The notes under the pieces: model-generated | Databases searched by the model: none | What the model was told of the DNA's origin: nothing | The model's input: the letters and a program-made list of their open reading frames with translations, nothing else | Shown: one piece after another, positions 1 through 8,220 of the stretch | Layout of the letters: each line of letters opens with the position of its first letter | Position numbering within the stretch: the first letter of the stretch is position 1 | Translations under genes and position numbers: made by a program | Origin: a virus | DNA length: 64,000 nucleotides | IMG/VR virus record: IMGVR_UViG_3300020438_000001 | Span: 1-64,000 of that record | Reading direction: 5' to 3' (one strand)

Positions 1-705
1 TCAGGTCAAGAGTTAGGAATTATAGCTTCGGGGTCTAAAGACCCTGTATGGATGAAAGCACGTAAAGAGGAGGCAGACCTCCACAGTATATGTGCTGACA
101 TGGTATTTAAAGATAAATGGCGTCAAGCTGACGCTGATGAGAAGAAAAAGCTTAGAACTATGATTAAGACTATTAACTTTGGTCTTGCTTATGGTATGAG
201 TAAATTCAAATTATCAGATACTCTACAAATATCAGTCGATGAAGCTGAAGCATTAATTAAACAGTATTTTACAGAGTTTCCTAAAATTGGAGGCTTTTTA
301 AATATACTAGGTGATTATGGTAAGCAACATGGACATATCAGAACATTTAAACCTTATAGAAGGATTAGATGGTTTGAGAACTGGCGCAATAACATGAGTC
401 CTAAGAAAGATTTTAAGGAACTTGGTGCTATTGAGCGTGCAAGTAAAAATACACCAATACAAGGTACGGGAGCTGATATGATTAAACTAGCAATGGTTAA
501 GATAAGAGATCATATCAATGAAACTCAGTTTCCTGCACACATAGTTACACAAGTTCACGATGAAATAGGCGTGGAAGTGCGTGATGATGTAGCGGAAGAG
601 TGGGCAAGTATACAATGTAAACTAATGAGAGAAGCAGGTGAAACCATTATACCTGATTTTCCAATGGGTGTAGATTATACAATAACAAAAGAATGGAGTA
701 AATAA
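1..705 (+). CDS. Family A DNA polymerase, C-terminal part (5' end lies upstream of the window)
   Basis: Frame 1 is open from nt 1 (SGQELGIIASGSKDPVW precedes the first Met at 52). Contains KTINFGLAYGMS (Pol I motif B, NFGxxYG) and VTQVHDEIGVEV (motif C, QVHDE). Confidence 0.9.
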   Translation, partial: SGQELGIIASGSKDPVWMKARKEEADLHSICADMVFKDKWRQADADEKKKLRTMIKTINFGLAYGMSKFKLSDTLQISVDEAEALIKQYFTEFPKIGGFLNILGDYGKQHGHIRTFKPYRRIRWFENWRNNMSPKKDFKELGAIERASKNTPIQGTGADMIKLAMVKIRDHINETQFPAHIVTQVHDEIGVEVRDDVAEEWASIQCKLMREAGETIIPDFPMGVDYTITKEWSK

Positions 706-715
706 ACTATTAAAG

Positions 716-1924
716 ATGAAAGCTAACGATGTTAAAGACAAAGTCCAACGGGATGGTCTAAACAAGTGGTGGTCTCGCTTTAAAGGTAAAGGGACCCTCC
801 AATATGCTACAGGTGTAGGTAAAACTAGATGTGGTGTATTAGCGGCTGCTTTAATAGCTAAACGAGTAGGTATGGATTGTAAAATCTTAGTCTTAACTCC
901 AACACAAACTATTAGAGACAGGTCGTGGAAAGAAGAATTTAAAAAATGGGATGAAGAGTTATTATTTGAATCATGTGTAAAAACTGTATGTATACAGACA
1001 GCATATAAATATGTTGGACAACATTATGATTTAGTAATAGCTGATGAGATACATAATTATATATCTCCTGAATATTTTAACTTCTTTGCAAACAACCATA
1101 GTCCAAGAGTATTAGGACTAAGTGCTTATATAGATCCGGTTAAACTTAGATTACTAACCGCTGTAGCACCCATCTGTGCAAGGGTGAGTACTGCAGAGGC
1201 TAGTGAGTTAGGATTAATCAGTGAATATAAGATTTACAACGTACCACTAAAATTATCAGGAGCTGAAAAGAAATCATATACTCATGCAAACAACAACTTT
1301 AATCGGTTGTTTACTTTGTTTGATAAAGATTTAAAGCTTATGTATGCATGCATGAAACCAGCTACATACAATAAGTTCCTGCAACAGAAGGGTATGACCA
1401 TTGATGATGAGAATAAAACATTTCCTTATCAATGTAACGCTGCAATGGCTAAACGTAAGAAGTTATTATATAATGCTTCTGCTAAAGTTAGTGCAGTTCA
1501 ACAACTATGTGATATGTATCCTAAACGGAAAACAATCATTTTTTCTCAAACAATAGATTTTGCTGACAAAGTTACAGAAGAGTTAGGTGATACTTGTGTG
1601 AGTTTTCATAGTAAGATTGGTAAGAAAGCAAGAACTGCTAACTTAGACAAACTTATAGATAACAGAACTAAAGTAACACGGATCTCTACTGCTAAAGCTT
1701 TGAACGAGGGCATGAATGTCCCGGATATTTCAATGGCTATTATAGCCAGTGGAACCAGTAAAGTTAAAGACTTAATTCAACGAATCGGTAGAACCGTTAG
1801 ATGGGAAGAAGGTAAGCAGGCGCTTATTTTTCATCTATATATTGAAGGTAGTCAAGAAGAGAAGTGGGTGAATTCCGCGCAAGATGGTCATAGTGTTGAG
1901 TTAATGAGACTGGAGCAAAGCTGA
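716..1924 (+). CDS. Superfamily 2 DEAD/DEAH-box helicase
   Basis: Walker A ATGVGKTR, DEAH-like box VIADEIHNY, motif V STAKALNEGMNVPD and motif VI QRIGRTVR, all in the canonical order. Confidence 0.85.
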   Translation: MKANDVKDKVQRDGLNKWWSRFKGKGTLQYATGVGKTRCGVLAAALIAKRVGMDCKILVLTPTQTIRDRSWKEEFKKWDEELLFESCVKTVCIQTAYKYVGQHYDLVIADEIHNYISPEYFNFFANNHSPRVLGLSAYIDPVKLRLLTAVAPICARVSTAEASELGLISEYKIYNVPLKLSGAEKKSYTHANNNFNRLFTLFDKDLKLMYACMKPATYNKFLQQKGMTIDDENKTFPYQCNAAMAKRKKLLYNASAKVSAVQQLCDMYPKRKTIIFSQTIDFADKVTEELGDTCVSFHSKIGKKARTANLDKLIDNRTKVTRISTAKALNEGMNVPDISMAIIASGTSKVKDLIQRIGRTVRWEEGKQALIFHLYIEGSQEEKWVNSAQDGHSVELMRLEQS

Positions 1925-1950
1925 ACGTATTAAATTTCAGATAACATTGC

Positions 1951-2094
1951 AGCGCTGAATTGCTCCAGTGCTCATTATATAAGATATTTGCAACCAGTTC
2001 AGTTGCAGAGCGGGGACACATAAAATTGTGCGCTATAGTGTCCAGAGCAGTCTCGTAGCAAGTTAGTGGTTTTTCATGCTACGCAGGCAGTCTC
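1951..2094. other. Structured GC-enriched intergenic island: four consecutive hairpins plus an 8-nt direct repeat
   Basis: Hairpin stems: AGCGCTG/CAGTGCT (1951-1972, one G-T pair), TTTGCAAC/GTTGCAGA (1987-2009), GGACAC/GTGTCC (2014-2043) and CGTAGCA/TGCTACG (2054-2083). GCAGTCTC occurs at 2047-2054 and 2087-2094, flanking the last hairpin. This is the only gap over 100 nt between + strand genes. Confidence 0.6.
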
Positions 2095-2127
2095 CTTTAA
2101 CTTAATTATTAACCTAAATCAAATGCT

Positions 2128-2364
2128 ATGTCATACGATAACTGGAAACTCATGTCACCTGACGATGAGGGACCCTATTTAGTAAGTCCATGCTGTGGGG
2201 CAGAATACACAGAAAAAGATTTTATCACAGAGATGGGAGAAAAATATTATTGTAATGAATGTGATCATTTGTTTAAATATCCTGAAGAAGATTATGAAGT
2301 AGCTGCGCGTAGAGCGGAAGATGCTGCAGAAGATCGGATGGATGAAGAACGACTTGGAATATGA
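2128..2364 (+). CDS. Small acidic zinc-ribbon protein (hypothetical)
   Basis: 78-aa ORF with two Cys pairs (SPCCGAEY and YCNECDHLF) and an acidic C-terminus. Its stop overlaps the next start. Confidence 0.65.
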   Translation: MSYDNWKLMSPDDEGPYLVSPCCGAEYTEKDFITEMGEKYYCNECDHLFKYPEEDYEVAARRAEDAAEDRMDEERLGI

Positions 2365-2816
2365 AGACAATACTAGAAGCAAAACAATATCTAAGAGATA
2401 ACTTTAAAACCGGAGCTACGTGCCCGTGTTGTAATAAATATGTAAAAGCATATAAACGTAAATTAAATTCAGGTATAGCTCGAGCATTGATTATTATGTA
2501 TAAACTTGGAGCAGTTAACAAGAAATATATACATGTACAAAATGAATTTGCTAAACTTAAACTAAGAGCAACAACTATGGATTATGCATATGCAGAAAAA
2601 TGGTCGTTAATTGAAGACGGTGATGAATTAGGTACTTGGACTTTAACAGATAAAGGTGTTGATTTTGTTAACAATAGAACTGTTTTACCTGATTATTGTT
2701 TAGTATATAATGGTAATGTTTATGGCTGGAGTAAAAAGCTAATAAATATTGATACTGCTTTAACTATTAAATATGATTATGATGAAATGATGGATATAGG
2801 AATATTCCCACTATGA
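2361..2816 (+). CDS. Hypothetical protein with an N-terminal CPCC motif (possible DNA-binding protein)
   Basis: 151-aa ORF with 4-nt overlaps to both neighbours. Contains the motif TGATCPCCNKYVKAYKRKL. Confidence 0.65.
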   Translation: MKTILEAKQYLRDNFKTGATCPCCNKYVKAYKRKLNSGIARALIIMYKLGAVNKKYIHVQNEFAKLKLRATTMDYAYAEKWSLIEDGDELGTWTLTDKGVDFVNNRTVLPDYCLVYNGNVYGWSKKLINIDTALTIKYDYDEMMDIGIFPL

Positions 2817-3670
2817 AAGTAAAGAAAGTTAAGCGAAAGTCTATGATAATAAGACCTTCGGGAAGATCAACAGATTTTATTAGCCCTTCATTTGGTTATG
2901 GTTGTTTATATAACTGTTCTTATTGTTATATGAAACGTCATCAACCTGAAGGATTATCTATTGCTGTAAATGAGCATGATATATTAACTGCTGTTAACAA
3001 TCATGCATTCTTTACACCAGTAGAAAAACCTAATCAAACTCATCCTACTCTGACTAGTTATGATATTAGTTGTAACGAAGATTTTGCTCTTCATGCTAAA
3101 CATCATAACTGGAAAAGAATATTTGAGTTCTTCAGAGATCATCCTGTGGCTATGGGTAGCTTTGCTACTAAATATGTAAACCCTATGTTGTTAGAGTTTA
3201 ATCCTCTAAACAAAATACGGATTAGATTTAGTTTAATGCCACAGCATATGTCTGACTTACACGAACCTCATACTACTAAAATAATTGATAGAATAAAAGC
3301 TATTAATACATTTATAGATGCGGGGTACGATGTGCATGTTAATTTTAGTCCAGTTATATTATATAAAAACTGGAAACAAGATTATACAGATTTATTCAAT
3401 ATGCTTAATGATTATGTAGAACATAAAGATTGCGTCCTTGCGGAAGTTATCTTTCTAACTCATAATGAATCTAAGCATATAAAGAATATGGAGAATCATC
3501 CTGAGACTGAGAAACATCTATGGGTACCTAAATTACAAGAAGCTAAAACTTCACAGTATGGTGGTACAAACTATAGATATAAATTAGGACTTAAGAGAAA
3601 TTATATTAACCAATTTGTAGAACTCCACAATAGTATAGTACCGTGGAATACAATTAGATACATATTTTAA
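2813..3670 (+). CDS. Radical SAM enzyme, spore-photoproduct-lyase (SPL) family
   Basis: CxxxCxxC cluster GCLYNCSYCY near the N-terminus. Also collinear SPL-like motifs: SFATKYVNPMLL, IRIRFSLMP, HEPHTTKIIDRIKAINTFIDAGYDVHVNFSPVI and the C-terminal IRYIF. Compared by memory with B. subtilis SplB. Confidence 0.7.
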   Translation: MKVKKVKRKSMIIRPSGRSTDFISPSFGYGCLYNCSYCYMKRHQPEGLSIAVNEHDILTAVNNHAFFTPVEKPNQTHPTLTSYDISCNEDFALHAKHHNWKRIFEFFRDHPVAMGSFATKYVNPMLLEFNPLNKIRIRFSLMPQHMSDLHEPHTTKIIDRIKAINTFIDAGYDVHVNFSPVILYKNWKQDYTDLFNMLNDYVEHKDCVLAEVIFLTHNESKHIKNMENHPETEKHLWVPKLQEAKTSQYGGTNYRYKLGLKRNYINQFVELHNSIVPWNTIRYIF

Positions 3671-3672
3671 TT

Positions 3673-3867
3673 ATGGCATATAAAGAAGATTCATATGAAA
3701 AAGCTTTGAGAATATACGGCTCACAAGCTGAAAAACAAGTCATTGAAGATGTATTCTTTGATGATGATGGGTATGGTTATGTAACGACGCAAGTCATTGG
3801 TAATCATACAATTACAACGTATAAAAAGAAGAAAAAACCCGAGAAAAAAGTAGTCTATAAGCTATAA
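3673..3867 (+). CDS. Hypothetical small protein with a Lys-rich C-terminus
   Basis: 64-aa ORF, tightly packed on the same strand. No recognisable motif. Confidence 0.5.
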   Translation: MAYKEDSYEKALRIYGSQAEKQVIEDVFFDDDGYGYVTTQVIGNHTITTYKKKKKPEKKVVYKL

Positions 3868-3873
3868 TTTTCT

Positions 3874-3881
3874 TATATTTG
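3874..3881 (+). promoter_or_regulatory. Candidate Bacteroidota-type -7 promoter box (TAnnTTTG)
   Basis: TATATTTG lies 21 nt upstream of the ATG at 3903. The TTG 'start' at 3879 in the ORF track falls inside this box. Confidence 0.35.
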
Positions 3882-3902
3882 TTAACTTTTAAAAGCCTGC
3901 CT

Positions 3903-4490
3903 ATGAATGTAGAAATTAACGTTCCTGGACTCATAAATAATAAATTAACCGCATCTCAGTATGTTATGCTAGTTTTATTATTTGAAGATAACACGGAACT
4001 ATTTGTAAATTACGTAAATCTGTATGGATTTGCACAAAAGGAAATACAAGGCTTAGTAGATCAAGGATATATATTATCTTGTGACCCTGAGAATCCTTTA
4101 ACTTGTATAACAATAGCAAGAGATAAAGTAAGAGAACTCATAGGTATAGAGGAGTCTTACTTTACTGAGCTATTTAATACGTACCCATTAAAAGTATCTA
4201 ATGGTAGTTCGTTAAGAGTATTGCGCCCGTCTAGTTTATCTGCAAAAGCAGCTGTTGTTTGTAAAGAAAAGTATGATAGATTTGTTAAAGGTAATCTTAT
4301 TAAACATAAACATGTTTTAGATTGTCTTAATAAAGAATTACAAATAAGAAAACGAGGTGGTAATATGCAATATATGCATGCATTGGAAACTTATATAAAT
4401 AAGAATGCCTGGGATGCATATGAAGGCTTGTTAGATACACACACAACTATCAAACAAGCAGAATCTAAGTACGGACAAGATTTAATTTAA
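3903..4490 (+). CDS. Hypothetical protein (a helicase-loader role is only a positional guess)
   Basis: The ORF track starts at TTG 3879. The in-frame ATG at 3903 (MNVEINVPG...) is the more plausible start. Lies immediately upstream of the DnaB-like helicase. Confidence 0.6.
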   Translation: MNVEINVPGLINNKLTASQYVMLVLLFEDNTELFVNYVNLYGFAQKEIQGLVDQGYILSCDPENPLTCITIARDKVRELIGIEESYFTELFNTYPLKVSNGSSLRVLRPSSLSAKAAVVCKEKYDRFVKGNLIKHKHVLDCLNKELQIRKRGGNMQYMHALETYINKNAWDAYEGLLDTHTTIKQAESKYGQDLI

Positions 4491-4493
4491 ATT

Positions 4494-5471
4494 ATGGAAA
4501 ATAAGAAAATAAGTCTATACTATAAAAGTATAGCAAAAGCAACACATGATGCTGTTCAATATATCGATCAGCGTCGTCAAGGACTTATAAAGTCTTTAAG
4601 AACTCCATGGTCTAAGTATAATCATGTGAGTATGGACGGAATAGAGTGGAACACTATACATACTATAGCGGGTATGTCTGGTAGTGGTAAAACTGCTATT
4701 ATAAATCAATTAGAAACAGAATTATTTAAATTAAATCCTGATGAAAACTTTGCTGTACTTTCATTTAACTTCGAGATGTTAGCGCGTCAGTTAGTTAGTA
4801 GAAAGCTATCAAATGAGTTAAACATGACCACAAGACAATTACATAGTGGTATTGATGGATTTAGTTTATATGATAATGAATTCTATAAAGTTTTAGCTGC
4901 TCAAAAAGAGTTTAATAAATTACCTATTTACTATGTAGAAATGCCTGGTACTGTGGAAATGATTAAAAATACTATTGAGAAGTTTATAAGTGAGGACTTT
5001 AATAAAGATAGAGGTATAATGATTATGTTAGATCATACTATATTAGTCCGTGGTAAGCAAGGTGAGATGGAACGTTTAGTTCTTGTCGAGCTTATGATTA
5101 TGGCTAATGCATTAAAGAAGCAACATAAAATCTCATTTGTATTCTTAAGTCAGTTAAATAGAGAAATCGAATCTGCTGATAGAGTAACAGAACCATCTCA
5201 ACAATTTCCTAAGAAAAAAGATCTTTTTGGTGGTGATTCTGTGTTTATGTTTTCGGATTTAGTGATGGTCTCTATGAACCCTGAGCAGTTAGGTATGGAT
5301 ACATATGGAGCTAAAGCGTGGCCTACAGCTGGTGCTTTATTCTGGCACTTTATTAAAGTAAGAGAAGGTCAGCCTTGTATTGCTAAAATGAAAAATGAAC
5401 TTAAGTATAACCGTGTAATTGATTTCCCAAAAGAAGTTAATTACCAATTAAAAATAGAAGATGGCAAATAA
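4494..5471 (+). CDS. DnaB-family replicative helicase (RecA-like C-terminal domain only)
   Basis: Walker A GMSGSGKTA, Walker B-like IMIMLDHT and the DnaB H4 motif FLSQLNRE. At 325 aa it lacks the DnaB N-terminal domain. Confidence 0.75.
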   Translation: MENKKISLYYKSIAKATHDAVQYIDQRRQGLIKSLRTPWSKYNHVSMDGIEWNTIHTIAGMSGSGKTAIINQLETELFKLNPDENFAVLSFNFEMLARQLVSRKLSNELNMTTRQLHSGIDGFSLYDNEFYKVLAAQKEFNKLPIYYVEMPGTVEMIKNTIEKFISEDFNKDRGIMIMLDHTILVRGKQGEMERLVLVELMIMANALKKQHKISFVFLSQLNREIESADRVTEPSQQFPKKKDLFGGDSVFMFSDLVMVSMNPEQLGMDTYGAKAWPTAGALFWHFIKVREGQPCIAKMKNELKYNRVIDFPKEVNYQLKIEDGK

Positions 5472-5871
5472 AATATATAATACGACGACATCAACCTATG
5501 ATTTAAAACTTGAGACAGAGTTTCCTGAACCGGATGCATATGAAACATCTGTTACGGAACTGTTAGATCTAGCTAGAAGTATAGAAGAGGCTAAAAGGCC
5601 TGGATATACTTTAGATAGTCCTGATGTATTAGCTAACTTTAAAAAAGCAGGTGAAATGACTGGATGTACTCCTATGCAAGCATGGGGAGCGTACTTCTAT
5701 AAGCATGTAGCAGCTATTTTAAGTTATGCTAAAGATGAGGATATAGAACAAGCAGAACCATTGTCAGGTAGATTTGCAGATGCAATAAACTATCTTAAGT
5801 TAGGCTATCATATGGTAAAAGAAAGTAAAATAGAACAAGAAATTAATAACCAACAAAAATTACCTTTTTAA
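5461..5871 (+). CDS. Hypothetical protein ending in ...KLPF
   Basis: 136-aa ORF with an 11-nt overlap upstream. The C-terminal KLPF resembles the SSB tail tip. Confidence 0.6.
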   Translation: MANKIYNTTTSTYDLKLETEFPEPDAYETSVTELLDLARSIEEAKRPGYTLDSPDVLANFKKAGEMTGCTPMQAWGAYFYKHVAAILSYAKDEDIEQAEPLSGRFADAINYLKLGYHMVKESKIEQEINNQQKLPF

Positions 5872-5872
5872 T

Positions 5873-6544
5873 ATGGCAAATTTAGTAATTATTTGTGGAA
5901 AGTCTGGATCAGGCAAGTCCACAAGCGGGAGCAATCTCGACCCAAAATCAACCTTATGGTTAAACTGTGACCAAAAATCACTACCTATTAAAGGATGGAA
6001 AAAGAACTATAGTAAAGAAAATAAAAACTATGCGACTGCTTCTAGCCTTGTAGATATTGTAAATACGTTAAAAGTTATACCAGAAAAGGCCAAGCACATT
6101 AAAACTATTGTGATAGATACCATTAATCGCGTTATGACCGATAAAGTAATGGGAGAACGTCACATTAAAGGTTTTGAAAAATGGGCTAGTTTATCAGGTG
6201 GTATATATGACATTTTCACAGTCATAAACCAAACTATACCTGATGATGTTGATGTATTTGTATTAGCACATTCCGATGAGGGATATACTGATATGGGTGC
6301 TCAATATCGAAAAGTGATGACAGCTGGAAAACAGTTAGACAAGATAGTTTTAGAATCTATGTCGAGTGTGGTTTTGTTTACCCACATTGAATCAGATGGT
6401 AAAGGTAAGAATGAATATTTCTTCCAAACACAAACAGATGGTGTGTCGACGGCAAAGTCACCTGCTGGGATGTTTGAAGATTACCAAATCCCAAATGATT
6501 TACAAATGGTGAAGGACACCATGGACAAGTATTATAATGAGTAA
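5873..6544 (+). CDS. Sak4-like / AAA_24-type RecA-fold ATPase (recombination)
   Basis: N-terminal Walker A ICGKSGSGKSTSG and a Walker B-like strand VFVLAHSDE. Its size and its position next to the SSB-like gene also fit. Confidence 0.6.
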   Translation: MANLVIICGKSGSGKSTSGSNLDPKSTLWLNCDQKSLPIKGWKKNYSKENKNYATASSLVDIVNTLKVIPEKAKHIKTIVIDTINRVMTDKVMGERHIKGFEKWASLSGGIYDIFTVINQTIPDDVDVFVLAHSDEGYTDMGAQYRKVMTAGKQLDKIVLESMSSVVLFTHIESDGKGKNEYFFQTQTDGVSTAKSPAGMFEDYQIPNDLQMVKDTMDKYYNE

Positions 6545-6556
6545 TTAATTAATTAA
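6540..6556 (+). repeat. 17-nt AGTAATTAATTAATTAA motif, copy 1 (identical copy at 10671-10687)
   Basis: Exact 17-mer shared by two gene ends. It puts stops in several frames and sits 14-15 nt upstream of the next start. Confidence 0.8.
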
Positions 6557-6570
6557 AAAAATCGAAAATT

Positions 6571-7149
6571 ATGAGTATGTATCAAATTAACCAGAAGGTT
6601 AAATCGGAAGGGTCGTCAACCAAAGTATTTCCATTAGGAATTAGTGAAAATGCTGAAATGACAAATGTAAGTATGGAAACTGCTTCTAACGGAAATAGTT
6701 TCTTAAAGTTTTCTTTCACAGCACCAGACGGTTCTGCATTAAGTCATTTAGAATGGCCTATCGATGTAAACAATGAAGGGTGGGAAAAGAAAGCACAGTC
6801 TCAAATGAAAAGAGTTAAGCATATTATGACTAAATTCTTAACAGAAGACAAGGCTGTTGTAAATGCACAAGACTTTGAAGGCTTTTGCCAGCAAGTAATT
6901 GCATTACTAGGAAATACATATGTAGGTAAGAAATTAAGAGTTAAGACTGTTTACAGTTACAACAATTATGTTTCTATTCCTAAGTATGTTCCATTCTTAG
7001 AAGATATGAGTGTTGAGAAAACTAAGCTTAATATCACAAACTTTGATAAAATGGAAAAGGATGAAGCTGAAAATCCTTCTTCTTTAACATCTACTGCGCC
7101 ATCTAATGGTGCTGTAACGGAGCCTGCTAGTTCTGATTTACCTTTCTAG
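6571..7149 (+). CDS. Single-stranded DNA-binding protein (non-canonical) with an SSB-type C-terminal tip
   Basis: The C-terminus ...ASSDLPF matches the acidic D-[IL]-P-F tip of bacterial SSB. It is preceded by a Ser/Thr/Pro-rich linker and followed by a terminator. The genomic context is recombination/replication. Confidence 0.55.
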   Translation: MSMYQINQKVKSEGSSTKVFPLGISENAEMTNVSMETASNGNSFLKFSFTAPDGSALSHLEWPIDVNNEGWEKKAQSQMKRVKHIMTKFLTEDKAVVNAQDFEGFCQQVIALLGNTYVGKKLRVKTVYSYNNYVSIPKYVPFLEDMSVEKTKLNITNFDKMEKDEAENPSSLTSTAPSNGAVTEPASSDLPF

Positions 7150-7170
7150 GTAAGTTAAACTGTTAGATAT

Positions 7171-7200
7171 AGGGGAGTGTAATGCTCCCCTTATCTATTT
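7171..7200 (+). terminator. Rho-independent terminator candidate
   Basis: AGGGGAG-tgtaatg-CTCCCCT hairpin (7171-7191) followed by the T-rich tract TATCTATTT. Confidence 0.55.
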
Positions 7201-7203
7201 ACA

Positions 7204-8220
7204 ATGGAATCCCCTTACAAGATAACACTTTCTTTAACTAAGGATCATATTTTAGATAAGATTAGCCAATATCAATTATTTAGCTATTATTTAGGATGTG
7301 ACTTTAAGTCTGGAGTTGTAATGAATAGTCCGCTCCGACAAGATGATAAACCAAGTTTTTCCATCTTTACTGATCGTAAAGGTACTCTGAGATTTAAAGA
7401 TTTCGGTAATGGAGATACTGGTGATGCATTTACATTTATTCAAACACTATTTGGATGTGATTTTTATTCTGCGTTAGTTAGAATAAATGAAGATTTCAAA
7501 TTAGACTTAATGTATAATAAGAAAAATGTTACAATAAAGCCGTATGATGGATTTGTTACGGCAATCAAAGAATTAAAGTTTGATGCAAAAAAGACTATAG
7601 GTGTAAAAACTCAGTCTTTAAATTTTATAGATAAACATTACTGGGAACAATATGGTATAACAGAAAAAGTACTTAAATATTATAATGTATTTTCATGTAA
7701 ATGTGTATTTATAGGAGAGAATGTAGTAGGCTATTATAAAAATAATGATCCAATATATGGATATTTATTCTATAAAGATAGTGTATATACATGGAAAATT
7801 TACCGTCCATTGTCCCTTACGGGTCATAAATGGATGAGTAACACTAATCGAACTATCTTCCAAGGCTGGGATCAACTGCCTGAACGAGGAGAGTTCATTA
7901 TTATAACGAAGTCACTAAAAGATGTAATGGTTTTAAGAACCCTTGGATTTATTAGTGCTGCGTTGCAGAATGAGATTACTAGTATCAAAGATACTGTAGC
8001 CCGAGAGTTATATGAAAGATTTAATAAAGTATATATATTAAATGATTTCGATTTAACCGGTGTTAAAGGCGCTAATAATTTAAGAAAGAAATATGGATTT
8101 ACTCCTATTTTCTTACAAACTTTTAGTACTAGAAACAATGGCTTTAAAGATATTTCTGATTATAGGAAAGATCATACTGCTGAACAAAGTAAAAACAAAA
8201 TAAATAAATTAATAATATGA
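7204..8220 (+). CDS. Primase-like protein (degenerate zinc-finger region plus Toprim-like domain)
   Basis: NSPLRQDDKPSFSIF...RFKDFGNGDTGDAFTF aligns by eye to the CHC2 primase finger (CPFHxExTPSF...CFGCGxxGD), but with all four ligands replaced. It has a Toprim-like segment IIITKSLKDVMVL...LNDFDLTG (DxD retained). Confidence 0.5.
   Translation: MESPYKITLSLTKDHILDKISQYQLFSYYLGCDFKSGVVMNSPLRQDDKPSFSIFTDRKGTLRFKDFGNGDTGDAFTFIQTLFGCDFYSALVRINEDFKLDLMYNKKNVTIKPYDGFVTAIKELKFDAKKTIGVKTQSLNFIDKHYWEQYGITEKVLKYYNVFSCKCVFIGENVVGYYKNNDPIYGYLFYKDSVYTWKIYRPLSLTGHKWMSNTNRTIFQGWDQLPERGEFIIITKSLKDVMVLRTLGFISAALQNEITSIKDTVARELYERFNKVYILNDFDLTGVKGANNLRKKYGFTPIFLQTFSTRNNGFKDISDYRKDHTAEQSKNKINKLII

Noticed and set aside
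1824-2021. 65-aa minus-strand ORF spanning the end of the helicase gene and the structured intergenic island.
   Set aside because: It is antisense to a well-supported gene for half its length and has no coding-like composition. It runs through hairpin sequences, so it was treated as a chance ORF.
1925-2127. A possible tRNA or tmRNA-like gene in the structured intergenic region.
   Set aside because: No cloverleaf can be drawn. There is no acceptor-stem pairing of the ends and no GTTCRA T-loop on either strand.
3879-3881. TTG start codons proposed by the ORF track at 3879 and 11757.
   Set aside because: 3879 lies inside a TATATTTG promoter-like box and 11757 inside a GC hairpin stem. In-frame ATGs at 3903 and 11790 give cleaner gene starts.
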